DNA from: a virus
Length of the DNA stretch: 64,000 nucleotides
Virus record (IMG/VR): IMGVR_UViG_3300036820_000009
Span: 1-64,000 of that record
Reading direction: 5' to 3' (one strand)
Shown: in pieces, positions 9,601 through 17,911 of the stretch
Numbering within the stretch: the stretch's first letter is position 1
Layout of the letters: every line of letters begins with the position of its first letter
The notes under the pieces: generated by a model
The model's database searches: none
What the model saw: only the letters and a program-made list of their open reading frames with translations
What the model was told of the DNA's origin: nothing
Made by a program: the position numbers and the translations under genes

Positions 9601-10125
9601 ATGGCCACGCAAAAGCGACAAGCCGGCCTGGACCCGGTCACGGAAATCGAGGCCTACGCGGTGATCATCCGCGCGTGCTGGTGTCGTGGGCCGGATCAGG
9701 CCGATGCCCTGGCCGAGCTGAAGCGGCGCGGCCTGTGGCTCACCGATGAACAGCGCCTAAAAGCCGGATTGGAGGATGGGACCATGAAGATCGCCAAGGG
9801 CGATATCGCGGCGGACCTGGACGCGCTGGTGCCGATCCGCAAGGATCATCATCGTCGTTATGGAATCGATTACGATCGAATCGTCTACAACGGACTGATG
9901 GCGGCATTGAGCACGCATGGCCTGGCCGGCGATGCCCATCGCCGCGTCGCGCTCGCCGCGTCGCTGTTCAAAACGCGGCCGGACGGATCGGTCTATCCTT
10001 CGCACTGGCCAACTCATGACGAAATCGAGAAGGCCACCGGCGCGCCGGTGCCGAGCCATCGCGCGCACAAGCAACGCGCCATGGCCGATGCGCAAGCGCT
10101 GATCGCGCGCATCGAGGCGCTTTAG
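9601..10125 (+). CDS. hypothetical protein (possible internal start at 9784)
   Basis: Coupled ORF; internal GGAGGA-ATG. Confidence 0.5.
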   Translation: MATQKRQAGLDPVTEIEAYAVIIRACWCRGPDQADALAELKRRGLWLTDEQRLKAGLEDGTMKIAKGDIAADLDALVPIRKDHHRRYGIDYDRIVYNGLMAALSTHGLAGDAHRRVALAASLFKTRPDGSVYPSHWPTHDEIEKATGAPVPSHRAHKQRAMADAQALIARIEAL

Positions 10126-10127
10126 CC

Positions 10128-10592
10128 ATGGCGAAGAATGGCTGGCGCCACCTGGAACGCGCGGTCATCAGGCCGGTATCGGATAGACATGTCCGCGAGA
10201 CAATGCGGCTCACGGGCTTGTCGGAAGCAGGCGCGCGCGCGCAATTGGAGCACGAAACGACACACGCCACCTATTGGCTCAACGATATCTATCAGGTGAC
10301 CTCGCACGAGCAGGATGGCGGGCTGGTGTGGATCAATATCCGGCGCCGCGACGGCGGCCCGATCTTGCGCGACTGGCGGCATTTCCAAGCCATCAAGAAC
10401 GACGTGCTCGGGCCGGACTGCGAGGCGGTGGAACTGTATCCGGCCGAGGATCGCAAGGTCGATACTTCGAACAAGTATCACCTGTTCGGGTTCCGCGATC
10501 CGAAATTCCGATTCCCGTTCGGGTTTGCCGAGCGAATGATCAGCGACGATTCGTCGGACCGCGCCGGGCTGAAACAACGCAAGGGAGCATGA
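10128..10592 (+). CDS. conserved phage hypothetical protein
   Basis: IRRRDG..DWRHFQAIKN..EAVELYPAEDR.VD..N.YHL motif. Confidence 0.7.
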   Translation: MAKNGWRHLERAVIRPVSDRHVRETMRLTGLSEAGARAQLEHETTHATYWLNDIYQVTSHEQDGGLVWINIRRRDGGPILRDWRHFQAIKNDVLGPDCEAVELYPAEDRKVDTSNKYHLFGFRDPKFRFPFGFAERMISDDSSDRAGLKQRKGA

Positions 10593-10595
10593 TCG

Positions 10596-10781
10596 ATGCG
10601 TCTCACGCGATTGGAAATCGAGGCCTTATTATCTGTCGCCGGCGAGGCCGATAGCCATGCCGCTTGCGAAGAATTCGGGAGGCTCCAAGAGAAGATGCAT
10701 AAGGCGTTCGAACGCGGCATGGAAAAACTACGTGCGCGCCTAGCCGAGCTTGAATCAACTTCCACCAACAAGGAAACATGA
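10596..10781 (+). CDS. hypothetical protein
   Basis: GGAG RBS. Confidence 0.5.
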   Translation: MRLTRLEIEALLSVAGEADSHAACEEFGRLQEKMHKAFERGMEKLRARLAELESTSTNKET

Positions 10782-10798
10782 ACAAGGGAGCATGAGCC

Positions 10799-11056
10799 AT
10801 GTCAAAGCTGACCGATGAGGATCGCAAGCTGATCGAGCGGAAATGGGAAGATTCATGCGTTCGGCCGCCCGAGCAGTGGCGACAGATTATCGATGCCGAG
10901 CCGACGCCAGAGGATGCGGCGGCGCGCATCTTCGGCGACCTGGTCTGCTATCGGAGCGATCGCGGTGCTTCGAACGAACGGCGGCCTGGCTTTATCGGCG
11001 ATGTTCAAAATCTGGCGAATGTCATTCGCGCGCTTCAAATGAAAGATGCGCCATGA
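10799..11056 (+). CDS. hypothetical protein
   Basis: AAGGGAG RBS. Confidence 0.55.
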   Translation: MSKLTDEDRKLIERKWEDSCVRPPEQWRQIIDAEPTPEDAAARIFGDLVCYRSDRGASNERRPGFIGDVQNLANVIRALQMKDAP

Positions 11057-11427
11057 ACATTCTCAAATTGCTTTTCGGAAAATCGGAAACCGGCCGCGCG
11101 GTCGCGCTGCGCGCAGCATGGCGCGGTGGCTGGCCAGGGCGGACGCGACGGGCCGCTTGCCCATGCTCGACCGCGAAGGCCATGCGATTTTCGCCGCGCA
11201 CGATACGTGCCTGCGATTATCGCGGCTGGGTGACCGAGCACAATCCGTGGCGATGCGGCGAACCGCCGGCCGAATGGTATAGCCTCACGGAACGCGGCTA
11301 CGCGGCGCTGGTGCGCGCGCAATATGCCTATGGCGAGAAGGTGCCGCCCGAGCTGCAACGCCGCTACGGGCCACCAGCGGCGACCGCAATGCCTATCCTG
11401 CTCGGCCCCGCGAGGCCACGCGCATGA
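11053..11427 (+). CDS. hypothetical protein (frame uncertain)
   Basis: ATGA-coupled at both ends, but the middle is Arg/Ala-rich like a shadow frame. Confidence 0.35.
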   Translation: MNILKLLFGKSETGRAVALRAAWRGGWPGRTRRAACPCSTAKAMRFSPRTIRACDYRGWVTEHNPWRCGEPPAEWYSLTERGYAALVRAQYAYGEKVPPELQRRYGPPAATAMPILLGPARPRA

Positions 11428-11684
11428 GCGGCGGCCAGGCCTGCACCTGTCCCGCTCCATCGCGCGGACAAAAGCATGCTTTTGTCCGGCAGGCGTGGCG
11501 CGTGCTGAATCGGAACTGCAACTTTTCCGCGTTCAATGGCTATCGCGAAACGCCATCGGCCTATTCCTCGATCCGCTGTTTGGAGTGCGGCGCCGTGTGG
11601 CGCAGCAAGGCGGACTATGTGATGACGCTGCCCGATGCGACCGAGACGGAAAGACTCCAAGCGCCGAAAAGGTGGCGATCATGA
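11424..11684 (+). CDS. small Cys-rich phage protein
   Basis: CTC..CNFSAFNG..CLECGAVWR. Confidence 0.6.
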   Translation: MSGGQACTCPAPSRGQKHAFVRQAWRVLNRNCNFSAFNGYRETPSAYSSIRCLECGAVWRSKADYVMTLPDATETERLQAPKRWRS

Positions 11685-12040
11685 GCGACGGCCGAATCAT
11701 CGCTGGGCTCTTCCTCGTCTTCCTATGTGGCGTGAGTTGCGGCGCGCTAATCGTCGACTGGCGCTGGCGACGCGCGGTGCGCAAGATGACGGGAGAATTC
11801 GCATCGATCAAAGAGGCGGTCGAGGCGCGTGCCACGTTGGCGCTGACGCGCGCGATTCTCGACGAAGTGGCTTTTAAGGTCGAGCGGGAGTTGAGCGCCG
11901 ACGCATTCTCTCTTGGCAATAAAATCCTCAATATGAATCCTCAAGAAATCGCCGCCGCCGCCGCCGCTTCGCTCGGCGCCAAAACAGCGGCGCCCGCGCC
12001 ACCGCCACCGCAATCCGAAATATCATTCCGAAAAGGATGA
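11681..12040 (+). CDS. N-terminally anchored membrane protein
   Basis: ATGA-coupled; TM segment IIAGLFLVFLCGVSCGALIV. Confidence 0.55.
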   Translation: MSDGRIIAGLFLVFLCGVSCGALIVDWRWRRAVRKMTGEFASIKEAVEARATLALTRAILDEVAFKVERELSADAFSLGNKILNMNPQEIAAAAAASLGAKTAAPAPPPPQSEISFRKG

Positions 12041-12291
12041 GTGCCATGACCCGCATCAATATCGCCACCGGCACCGATCTTGTCGCTTTCCGCGAACGGC
12101 ACGAGCTGACGGTCGACGAGCTGGCGGCCATCGTCGGCCGCGACCGGCGCGCCGTGAACTATTGGGAGCGCGGATTCAATTCGCGCGGCATTCCGACCGC
12201 GCCGCCGCACTGGATCAGCATGGTTCTGTCGGCATGGGTTGCCGACAATGTCCCTAAAAAGCACAAGAAAAGAGTTCACGCGAACGCTTGA
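12037..12291 (+). CDS. XRE-family helix-turn-helix protein
   Basis: RERHELTVDELAAIVGRDRRAVNYWERG. Confidence 0.8.
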   Translation: MSAMTRINIATGTDLVAFRERHELTVDELAAIVGRDRRAVNYWERGFNSRGIPTAPPHWISMVLSAWVADNVPKKHKKRVHANA

Positions 12292-12316
12292 CAGGGAAAC
12301 AGTTTCGCTTTATCTT
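12288..12316 (+). promoter_or_regulatory. sigma70 promoter with operator
   Basis: TTGACA-17-TATCTT, GGAAACAGTTTCG at 12295-12307. Confidence 0.75.
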
Positions 12317-12376
12317 TATTCATCGTTTTCGATCACTTCTATTTTCATCAACACCGTCTAGAGAAGGAAGCTCAAA

Positions 12377-12781
12377 ATGTCGGATACCACGGAACTTTTA
12401 ACGCCGCCCAGCGATGAAGCGTTGGCGGCGTTCGACCAGGCGCAACGGGCCTTGACCGAAGCGATTCGGTTCTGCCATGCCGCGTTCGAACAGGCGGACA
12501 AGGCAAAAATACCGCTGGCGGCGTGCGTCGATCGGCTCGGCATCATCAAGGCGCAGCTTGCCACCATCGGCGAAAGCGAAGAGGCGCTGAAAACGCGGCT
12601 GGCCAAGTCCGGCAAGCCGCGCATCGATGGCGAGCTGTTCTACGCGACGATCAGCGAAGGCGAACAGGCGCGGCTCGATATGGACGCGGTACGCGAAAAA
12701 CTTTCGCCGCAATTCATCGCCGCGCACACCAATCGGACTCCATTTGTCCGTGTGGACGTCCGATCCAGGCGACGGGTCTAA
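12377..12781 (+). CDS. conserved phage hypothetical protein
   Basis: AAGGA RBS; VDRLGIIKAQLA coiled coil, IDGELFYATIS. Confidence 0.65.
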   Translation: MSDTTELLTPPSDEALAAFDQAQRALTEAIRFCHAAFEQADKAKIPLAACVDRLGIIKAQLATIGESEEALKTRLAKSGKPRIDGELFYATISEGEQARLDMDAVREKLSPQFIAAHTNRTPFVRVDVRSRRRV

Positions 12782-12876
12782 AGCGCCCGCCTGGGTTACC
12801 GAGCGGCGCCGGCCACGCATCCCCCTGCCCCTGGCCGGCGCCCCTCACTCAATACCCCCAACCAAGGGAGCATGCC

Positions 12877-13341
12877 ATGTCCGAAAATCTCGATCCGCTA
12901 CCGGCGATCGATTCCGTGCAGAGCAACACGGTTCGAATCGTCACCAGTTTTTTATCCTTCAATCACCTGCCCGCCGGCGACCTGCCGAACCTGATCAGCA
13001 CGGTTCACAAGTCGTTGGTGGCCATCGACGAGCCGCCGCTCGGTCCGATGCCGGTAGCCGCGGTGGCGCGGCGCGATACTGTCGCCGGTATTTTCTGCCG
13101 GGTGTGCGGCAAGGGGCCGATGAAAACCCTGACGCGGCATTTGCGGCAGGCGCACGCTCTAACGCCGGGGAATTATCAGGTGGCGTTCAAGGGTGCGCGC
13201 GTCGTCTCGACCGGCTATAGCGCGTCGCGCTCGAAATTCGCGAAGTCGATTGGGCTCGGCCGGCCCGGTGGCTCGAAGCCGCCGGCGGTATCCGCGTCGC
13301 GCAACGCCACCAAGCGCAGCGGCGCGCGGCGGCGGAAATAA
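12877..13341 (+). CDS. mucR: Ros/MucR family zinc-finger regulator
   Basis: IVTSFLSFNHLPAGDLPNLISTVHKSL, CRVCGK.MKTLTRHLRQAHALTP..Y, YSASRSKFAKSIGLG. Confidence 0.9.
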   Translation: MSENLDPLPAIDSVQSNTVRIVTSFLSFNHLPAGDLPNLISTVHKSLVAIDEPPLGPMPVAAVARRDTVAGIFCRVCGKGPMKTLTRHLRQAHALTPGNYQVAFKGARVVSTGYSASRSKFAKSIGLGRPGGSKPPAVSASRNATKRSGARRRK

Positions 13342-13346
13342 GCGCG

Positions 13347-13568
13347 ATGAAACTCGCGCTGACGCCAACGTCCGTCATGCAATTTATCGACGGCGTCCAA
13401 TGCCGGCGATGGACGGGCGTGACCGACCGGGGCGTTGCGGTTCATGCCTATGTGGCGGTCATCATGCCGCTGACGAACGACGAAGCGGTGCTGCGGGATT
13501 TCGAGCATGCGTTTCAAAAGCTGCCGGAGCCGGAGATTTCGCCGGCGGAATTGAGGTTCCCGTCATGA
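13347..13568 (+). CDS. hypothetical protein
   Basis: Coupled ORF. Confidence 0.55.
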   Translation: MKLALTPTSVMQFIDGVQCRRWTGVTDRGVAVHAYVAVIMPLTNDEAVLRDFEHAFQKLPEPEISPAELRFPS

Positions 13569-13762
13569 CGTTCCTGGAACAGCTTGACGCGCATTTCGTC
13601 AAGGCGATCGATGACAGCCGATCGTGCGGCGCGTACCTCAAGACCCTGCGGCGCCGCGATGCGCTGTGGCTGGCGAAGATCATGGGCGCGCCCGAGCAGT
13701 ATCGGGCCGCGCAAGAAAAATTGGCGCCATGCGCTTCACCGCGAATCGCGCCTGTGCCATAA
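13565..13762 (+). CDS. hypothetical protein
   Basis: ATGA-coupled, GAGG RBS. Confidence 0.5.
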   Translation: MTFLEQLDAHFVKAIDDSRSCGAYLKTLRRRDALWLAKIMGAPEQYRAAQEKLAPCASPRIAPVP

Positions 13763-13989
13763 TCGGAATGTTTGAGCATGGACTGATAGACAAGTGCCTG
13801 CGGCCGCCTCGCCAACTAGCGAGGGCATCGAGCGTATCTTACAAGCGAGGCAGGAATCGCGAACCGGTTCGGTCCTAGGATGAACCTCTTGCTTGGGGCT
13901 TCGGTGAACCCCTTGCTTGAGATTTCTTTCATCATACGCCGGGAAAAGAACGCACGCGGCCGCCATTTTCGATCAATAGAGGAAGCGCG

Positions 13990-14868
13990 ATGAAATATGT
14001 GGTGGTGCTGGGAATCGACGGGCAGCTCGGTACCGCGTTAAAATATTACTGGCCGACCGACCTCATCTTAATCGGATACAATCGCCAACTTGATATCCGC
14101 ACTCCCGAAGCAATCATCAGGGCGCTGGCCGGAACGAAGCCTGACTTGGTGGTGAATTGCGCGGCCTATACCAATGTCGATTTGGCGGAAATCCATGTCG
14201 ACGAAGCCATGGGGGCGAACCATGTCGGCGCGCTCAATGTGGCGCGCGCCTGCGCGATGATGAATATTCCGTTGCTGCATCTCTCGACCGATTATGTTTT
14301 TTCCGGCGAACAGCAGCGACCCTATCGCGAAACCGATTCGACCGATCCGGTCAATATCTATGGCCGCTCCAAGCTGCACGGCGAGCGCGCGATCAGAACG
14401 GAGAAGCGCGGCGGTCATTTTATTTTGCGCGTCTCGTCGATCTATAGCCCGTGGGGCCGGAATTTCGTGAAAACCATGCTGGAGCTGGCCACGCGGCAAA
14501 CGGAAATCCGCATCGTCAACGATCAATACAGCGCGCCGACCGGCGCGCGCGCGATCGCGGAGGCAATCTTCACGCTGGCGCGCCGCGTGGCGGACCGAGG
14601 CACGAAATTCGGCACTTTCCATTTTTGCGGCGGCCGCGGCATGTCGTGGTTCGAATTTGCCCAATATATTTTCGATATCGCGGCCAGCTATGGGCACCGG
14701 CGCCCCACGCTGGTCGGCATCACCAGCGCCGAACGGAACAGCCCGGCGCGGCGGCCGCGCAATTCCTTGCTCAATTGCCTGCGCATCTATGAAACGCACC
14801 ACTTGATCTCGCCGCCGCTGGAAACCGAGCTGGAGCACTGTATTCGGCTGATTGGTCCGCCGACATGA
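13990..14868 (+). CDS. rmlD: dTDP-4-dehydrorhamnose reductase
   Basis: GIDGQLG, NCAAYTNVD, HLSTDYVFSG, YGRSKL.GE, NFVKTML, DQYSAPT. Confidence 0.93.
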   Translation: MKYVVVLGIDGQLGTALKYYWPTDLILIGYNRQLDIRTPEAIIRALAGTKPDLVVNCAAYTNVDLAEIHVDEAMGANHVGALNVARACAMMNIPLLHLSTDYVFSGEQQRPYRETDSTDPVNIYGRSKLHGERAIRTEKRGGHFILRVSSIYSPWGRNFVKTMLELATRQTEIRIVNDQYSAPTGARAIAEAIFTLARRVADRGTKFGTFHFCGGRGMSWFEFAQYIFDIAASYGHRRPTLVGITSAERNSPARRPRNSLLNCLRIYETHHLISPPLETELEHCIRLIGPPT

Positions 14869-15128
14869 GAGTTACCGCCACGCCGACCCGCGCGCAACTT
14901 TTGGGCATGGCACGCATCCGTGTTTATGGTTCAACGGGCTGGTGCAAGTTCCAGGCGCGCGCGGGCGGCGCGATCTCCCGCATGTTTGACCGCATGGCCA
15001 ACACGGGTTGGGTAACCAAACCACCGATAGAGCTGACACCCGTTGGCAATAGGGTGCTCGATGAATGGCTGCTCGATCATTTCGCCTATGGCATTGGCAC
15101 CATGCCCGGTCGGCGGAAACATCGCTAA
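14865..15128 (+). CDS. hypothetical protein
   Basis: ATGA-coupled to rmlD. Confidence 0.5.
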   Translation: MRVTATPTRAQLLGMARIRVYGSTGWCKFQARAGGAISRMFDRMANTGWVTKPPIELTPVGNRVLDEWLLDHFAYGIGTMPGRRKHR

Positions 15129-15157
15129 TCGCTCGCGTTGATAGCGGAGAATTCGTG

Positions 15158-15589
15158 ATGGCAACACCCTTCATCATCGGGCCCAACGAAAGAGCCGCAT
15201 TGGCCGACCTTCGCGACCGAGCCGCGATTCATCCCGTCGATATGCCGACGCTGATGAAGGCGATCAAAACGCCGGCCGGCAAGGCGGCGCACATGGCGCA
15301 GATGAACGAACAGACGGTCGAAATTCCGATTAATTTCCTGGTGACGTTCTCGATCGAAAACGGACATCCATCCGGCACCTGCCGGCACATGAGCATGTCG
15401 AGCGGCGCCATCGGCCGCGCGCCGACGCCGGGAGCGGCCTGGATGGTGGCGGAAGAACTAGGATTTATCGGCAGTCTCGATTATTGCCATGTCTATATCG
15501 AGGATTTGCAGCGCGGCGATGGCCGCCGGCACGCGATCAATATCGTGCAGCCGCTTTCCTTCAGCGTCGCCGCAGCACCCACTCAATAG
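15158..15589 (+). CDS. hypothetical protein
   Basis: GGAG RBS; VTFSIE..G.CRH.SMS motif. Confidence 0.6.
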   Translation: MATPFIIGPNERAALADLRDRAAIHPVDMPTLMKAIKTPAGKAAHMAQMNEQTVEIPINFLVTFSIENGHPSGTCRHMSMSSGAIGRAPTPGAAWMVAEELGFIGSLDYCHVYIEDLQRGDGRRHAINIVQPLSFSVAAAPTQ

Positions 15590-16136
15590 CGCATTCGGCC
15601 GGGCCCATCGTTTGATCGGTATGCAAATGCGGCTGATAGAATTCGCGCTGATATACCAGGCGCTCGGTGGAAGCTATCGACATCGCCCAATTCGCCATGG
15701 TGATCAAATTGATCGATACCGGCGACCAACTCTTCGCTTTATTCATCGTGAAGGTATGTTTGTGCTCGTTGCTGTAGATGCTCGGCCAATGGCCCTGTTC
15801 GTACATGTCTTCGTCGGGCACGGTGATGATCAGATAGCCGCCGGATCGTACCACGCGTATCCAATTGACCAGTGCCTCATAGGGTTGCTCCATATGTTCG
15901 AGGATGTGGCTGGCATGTAAAAACTCGAACGACTGATCAGGCACGCTCGATAGGGTTTGCGCATCGCCTTGCGCCTTGTCGAAATCCTCGATCGATTCGA
16001 TCAGGGGAAAAATTCCCTGATGTTGCCGCAAGCTGTCGCCGCCGGCGCCGACATCGATGCCCTTGCCGACGAAATAGCGCAGCGTGAACGCGGGATCGTA
16101 TATTCGGCGCTTGGCGGCTTTCGATTGTTCGTTCAT
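15561..16136 (-). CDS. class I SAM-dependent methyltransferase
   Basis: [29 protein letters not shown]. Confidence 0.85.
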   Translation of the reverse strand: MNEQSKAAKRRIYDPAFTLRYFVGKGIDVGAGGDSLRQHQGIFPLIESIEDFDKAQGDAQTLSSVPDQSFEFLHASHILEHMEQPYEALVNWIRVVRSGGYLIITVPDEDMYEQGHWPSIYSNEHKHTFTMNKAKSWSPVSINLITMANWAMSIASTERLVYQREFYQPHLHTDQTMGPAECAIEWVLRRR

Positions 16137-16582
16137 GCCGGAGTTTCCTTGGGCCAGATGGTGGCGAACGTCGCGCCGGAAATCGGCGCCGCGATGGCGC
16201 TGAGGCGCCGCGGCACTTGGCTCCCCATGAACCGCGCGATGATATTGCCGGCGCGATCGTAGGCAGTCATGCTGCGATTGACGCGCTGGATCATGAAGGC
16301 GTCGTGCAGGCGGCTCAGCTCATCGCGGGCATGGAAGAAATAAAACGCATCGGTAATGCCGCGCGTCACGTTGCACAGATCGCAGGCCGCCACCAGATTT
16401 TCCCAATCGTCGCTGCCGCCCAGCGATTTGGGGATAACATGATCGATCGTCGCGCACAGCCGATCGCCGCGCATATCGATCATTTTGACGCCGCAATAGC
16501 AGCAGCGATGATTCTGCGCCTCGCTCAGCACCGCGCGCATTTGCGGCGCCGACAGAACTTGGCCACCGAAAAAATAACTCAT
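16133..16582 (-). CDS. HNH endonuclease
   Basis: [28 protein letters not shown]. Confidence 0.85.
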   Translation of the reverse strand: MSYFFGGQVLSAPQMRAVLSEAQNHRCCYCGVKMIDMRGDRLCATIDHVIPKSLGGSDDWENLVAACDLCNVTRGITDAFYFFHARDELSRLHDAFMIQRVNRSMTAYDRAGNIIARFMGSQVPRRLSAIAAPISGATFATIWPKETPA

Positions 16583-16604
16583 TTAAAATTTTATCAAATC
16601 GACG

Positions 16605-16633
16605 TTGACAAATCCACGACGAGTCCCGATGAT
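16605..16633 (+). promoter_or_regulatory. sigma70 promoter of the tRNA operon
   Basis: TTGACA-17-GATGAT preceded by an AT-rich UP-like tract. Confidence 0.6.
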
Positions 16634-16642
16634 CCGCGCGCC

Positions 16643-16777
16643 ATGTTATGTAGATATGATCATTCGCACCAATCACCGACCCGAGCGATAAGTTCGCAAG
16701 GGCGGCTACCCGCGTGCATGTCCATGTCGATCAATCCATGGGAAGCCACACAGGGGCAGGGGTCGAAGTCTATCTGA
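16643..16777 (+). CDS. putative attenuator leader peptide (44 aa)
   Basis: ATG 10 nt after the -10 box; 33 distinct codons; its 3' end overlaps the antiterminator arm. Confidence 0.65.
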   Translation: MLCRYDHSHQSPTRAISSQGRLPACMSMSINPWEATQGQGSKSI

Positions 16778-16799
16778 TCGACAGCGAGAGCGATCATAG

Positions 16800-16837
16800 A
16801 AAACCCCTCCCCGGCGAAAGCTAGCGAGGGGTTTTTT
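16800..16837 (+). terminator. intrinsic terminator of the attenuator
   Basis: AAAACCCCTC / GAGGGGTTTT stem, inner GAAA loop, T6 tract; left arm also complementary to 16753-16763. Confidence 0.8.
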
Positions 16838-16850
16838 GTTGGGTTCGATA

Positions 16851-16985
16851 TTGGTTTGTTGAGAGCGAAGGGGTTGGAAGTCACGAGCATGCGAGTCCCG
16901 ATTCGGACTCCCCTCGCCTACCAACGGTTCACCGCGCAAGCGGGCCATACCACCTGACAGCGGCGGGACTTGAAATGTCCTGCGG
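16851..16985 (+). ncRNA. unidentified structured RNA(s)
   Basis: Stems TTGGT/ACCAA, GCGAAGGGG/CCCCTCGC, GAGTCC/GGACTC, CCGC-GCAA-GCGG, GCGGGAC/GTCCTGC. Confidence 0.4.
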
Positions 16986-17030
16986 CCATGGAAAAGCACA
17001 GAGAAAATTATTTAATCGATTTCGATCAAT

Positions 17031-17107
17031 GGGCTCGTAGCTCAAATGGGAGAGCGCCTGTTTTGCACACAGGAGGCAGCGGGTTCGATACCTCGCCGGG
17101 TCCACCA
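17031..17107 (+). tRNA. tRNA-Ala(TGC)
   Basis: Cloverleaf, G3:U70, encoded CCA. Confidence 0.93.
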
Positions 17108-17143
17108 TTTTCATTATGATTCGGGGGCACGCACGGAACGAAT

Positions 17144-17218
17144 GCGGAAGTAGCTCAGGGGTAGAGCGTAACCTTGCCAAGGTTGAGGTCGCGGGTCCGA
17201 CTCCCGTCTTCCGCTCCA
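17144..17218 (+). tRNA. tRNA-Gly(GCC)
   Basis: Loop TTGCCAA, U73, CCA. Confidence 0.9.
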
Positions 17219-17222
17219 ATTC

Positions 17223-17297
17223 GGGCGCTTAGCACAATGGCAGTGCGAGCCGCTCATAACGGTTTGGTCGACGGTTCGATTCCGTCAGCGCCTACCA
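17223..17297 (+). tRNA. tRNA-Ile2/Met(CAT)
   Basis: Loop CTCATAA; acceptor stem resembles the lysidine-type Ile2 tRNA. Confidence 0.85.
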
Positions 17298-17310
17298 ATC
17301 GATCGATTAA

Positions 17311-17387
17311 TGCGGGATGGACTGGAGCGGCGCCAGCACGGTCTCATAAGCCGTCTCACGCGGGTTCAAATCCCGCTCCCGCAACCA
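17311..17387 (+). tRNA. tRNA-Met(CAT)
   Basis: Loop CTCATAA, U1:A72, CCA. Confidence 0.85.
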
Positions 17388-17420
17388 ATCCGGAGGTCCG
17401 TGGTTCGAATCCACGCCGTG

Positions 17421-17497
17421 TGCGGGGTGGAGCAGACCGGTAGCTCGCAAGGCCCATAACCTTGAGGTCGGGGGTTCAAATCCCTCCCCCGCTCCCA
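17421..17497 (+). tRNA. tRNA-fMet-like (CAT)
   Basis: 1:72 mismatch, initiator-like TGCGGGGTGGAGCAG 5' end, loop CCCATAA. Confidence 0.85.
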
Positions 17498-17501
17498 ATT
17501 T

Positions 17502-17578
17502 GCCCAAGTAGCCTACGCGGTTCACGGCGTTGGTCTGAAAAACCAAAGATGTTCGTTCGACTCGAACCTTGGGCACCA
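17502..17578 (+). tRNA. tRNA-Phe(GAA)
   Basis: Loop CTGAAAA, CCA. Confidence 0.88.
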
Positions 17579-17584
17579 GAATTC

Positions 17585-17658
17585 GCGGCATTGAGCGTAT
17601 TGGCGACGCTCCAGCCTTCCAAGCTGGCGAGCCGGTTCGATTCCGGTATGCCGCTCCA
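17585..17658 (+). tRNA. tRNA-Gly(TCC)
   Basis: Loop CTTCCAA, U73. Confidence 0.88.
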
Positions 17659-17673
17659 AATCACACCGGATTT

Positions 17674-17749
17674 TTCGGCGTAGCTCAGCAGGTAGAGCAC
17701 CTGACTGTTAATCAGGGTGTCGCAGGTTCGAGCCCTGCCGCCGGAGCCA
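17674..17749 (+). tRNA. tRNA-Asn(GTT)
   Basis: Loop CTGTTAA, U1:A72, G73. Confidence 0.93.
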
Positions 17750-17759
17750 ATTCCATTTT

Positions 17760-17833
17760 ACCGGGCTAGCACAGTGGAAGTGCCGCGGACTCCAAACCCG
17801 CTAACAGGGGTTCGATTCCTCTGCCCGGTGCCA
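17760..17833 (+). tRNA. tRNA-Trp(CCA)
   Basis: Loop CTCCAAA, G73. Confidence 0.9.
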
Positions 17834-17838
17834 GCTTC

Positions 17839-17911
17839 GCGCCGTAAGCCAAATGGAGAGGCATCGGTCTGCAAAACCGAATAACAGGTTCGATACCTGG
17901 ACGGTGCTCCA
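17839..17911 (+). tRNA. tRNA-Cys(GCA)
   Basis: Loop CTGCAAA, U73. Confidence 0.88.

Noticed and set aside
16950-17000. Hammerhead ribozyme (CTGACAG ... GAAA)
   Set aside because: The core does not match CUGANGA and the three stems cannot be assembled convincingly
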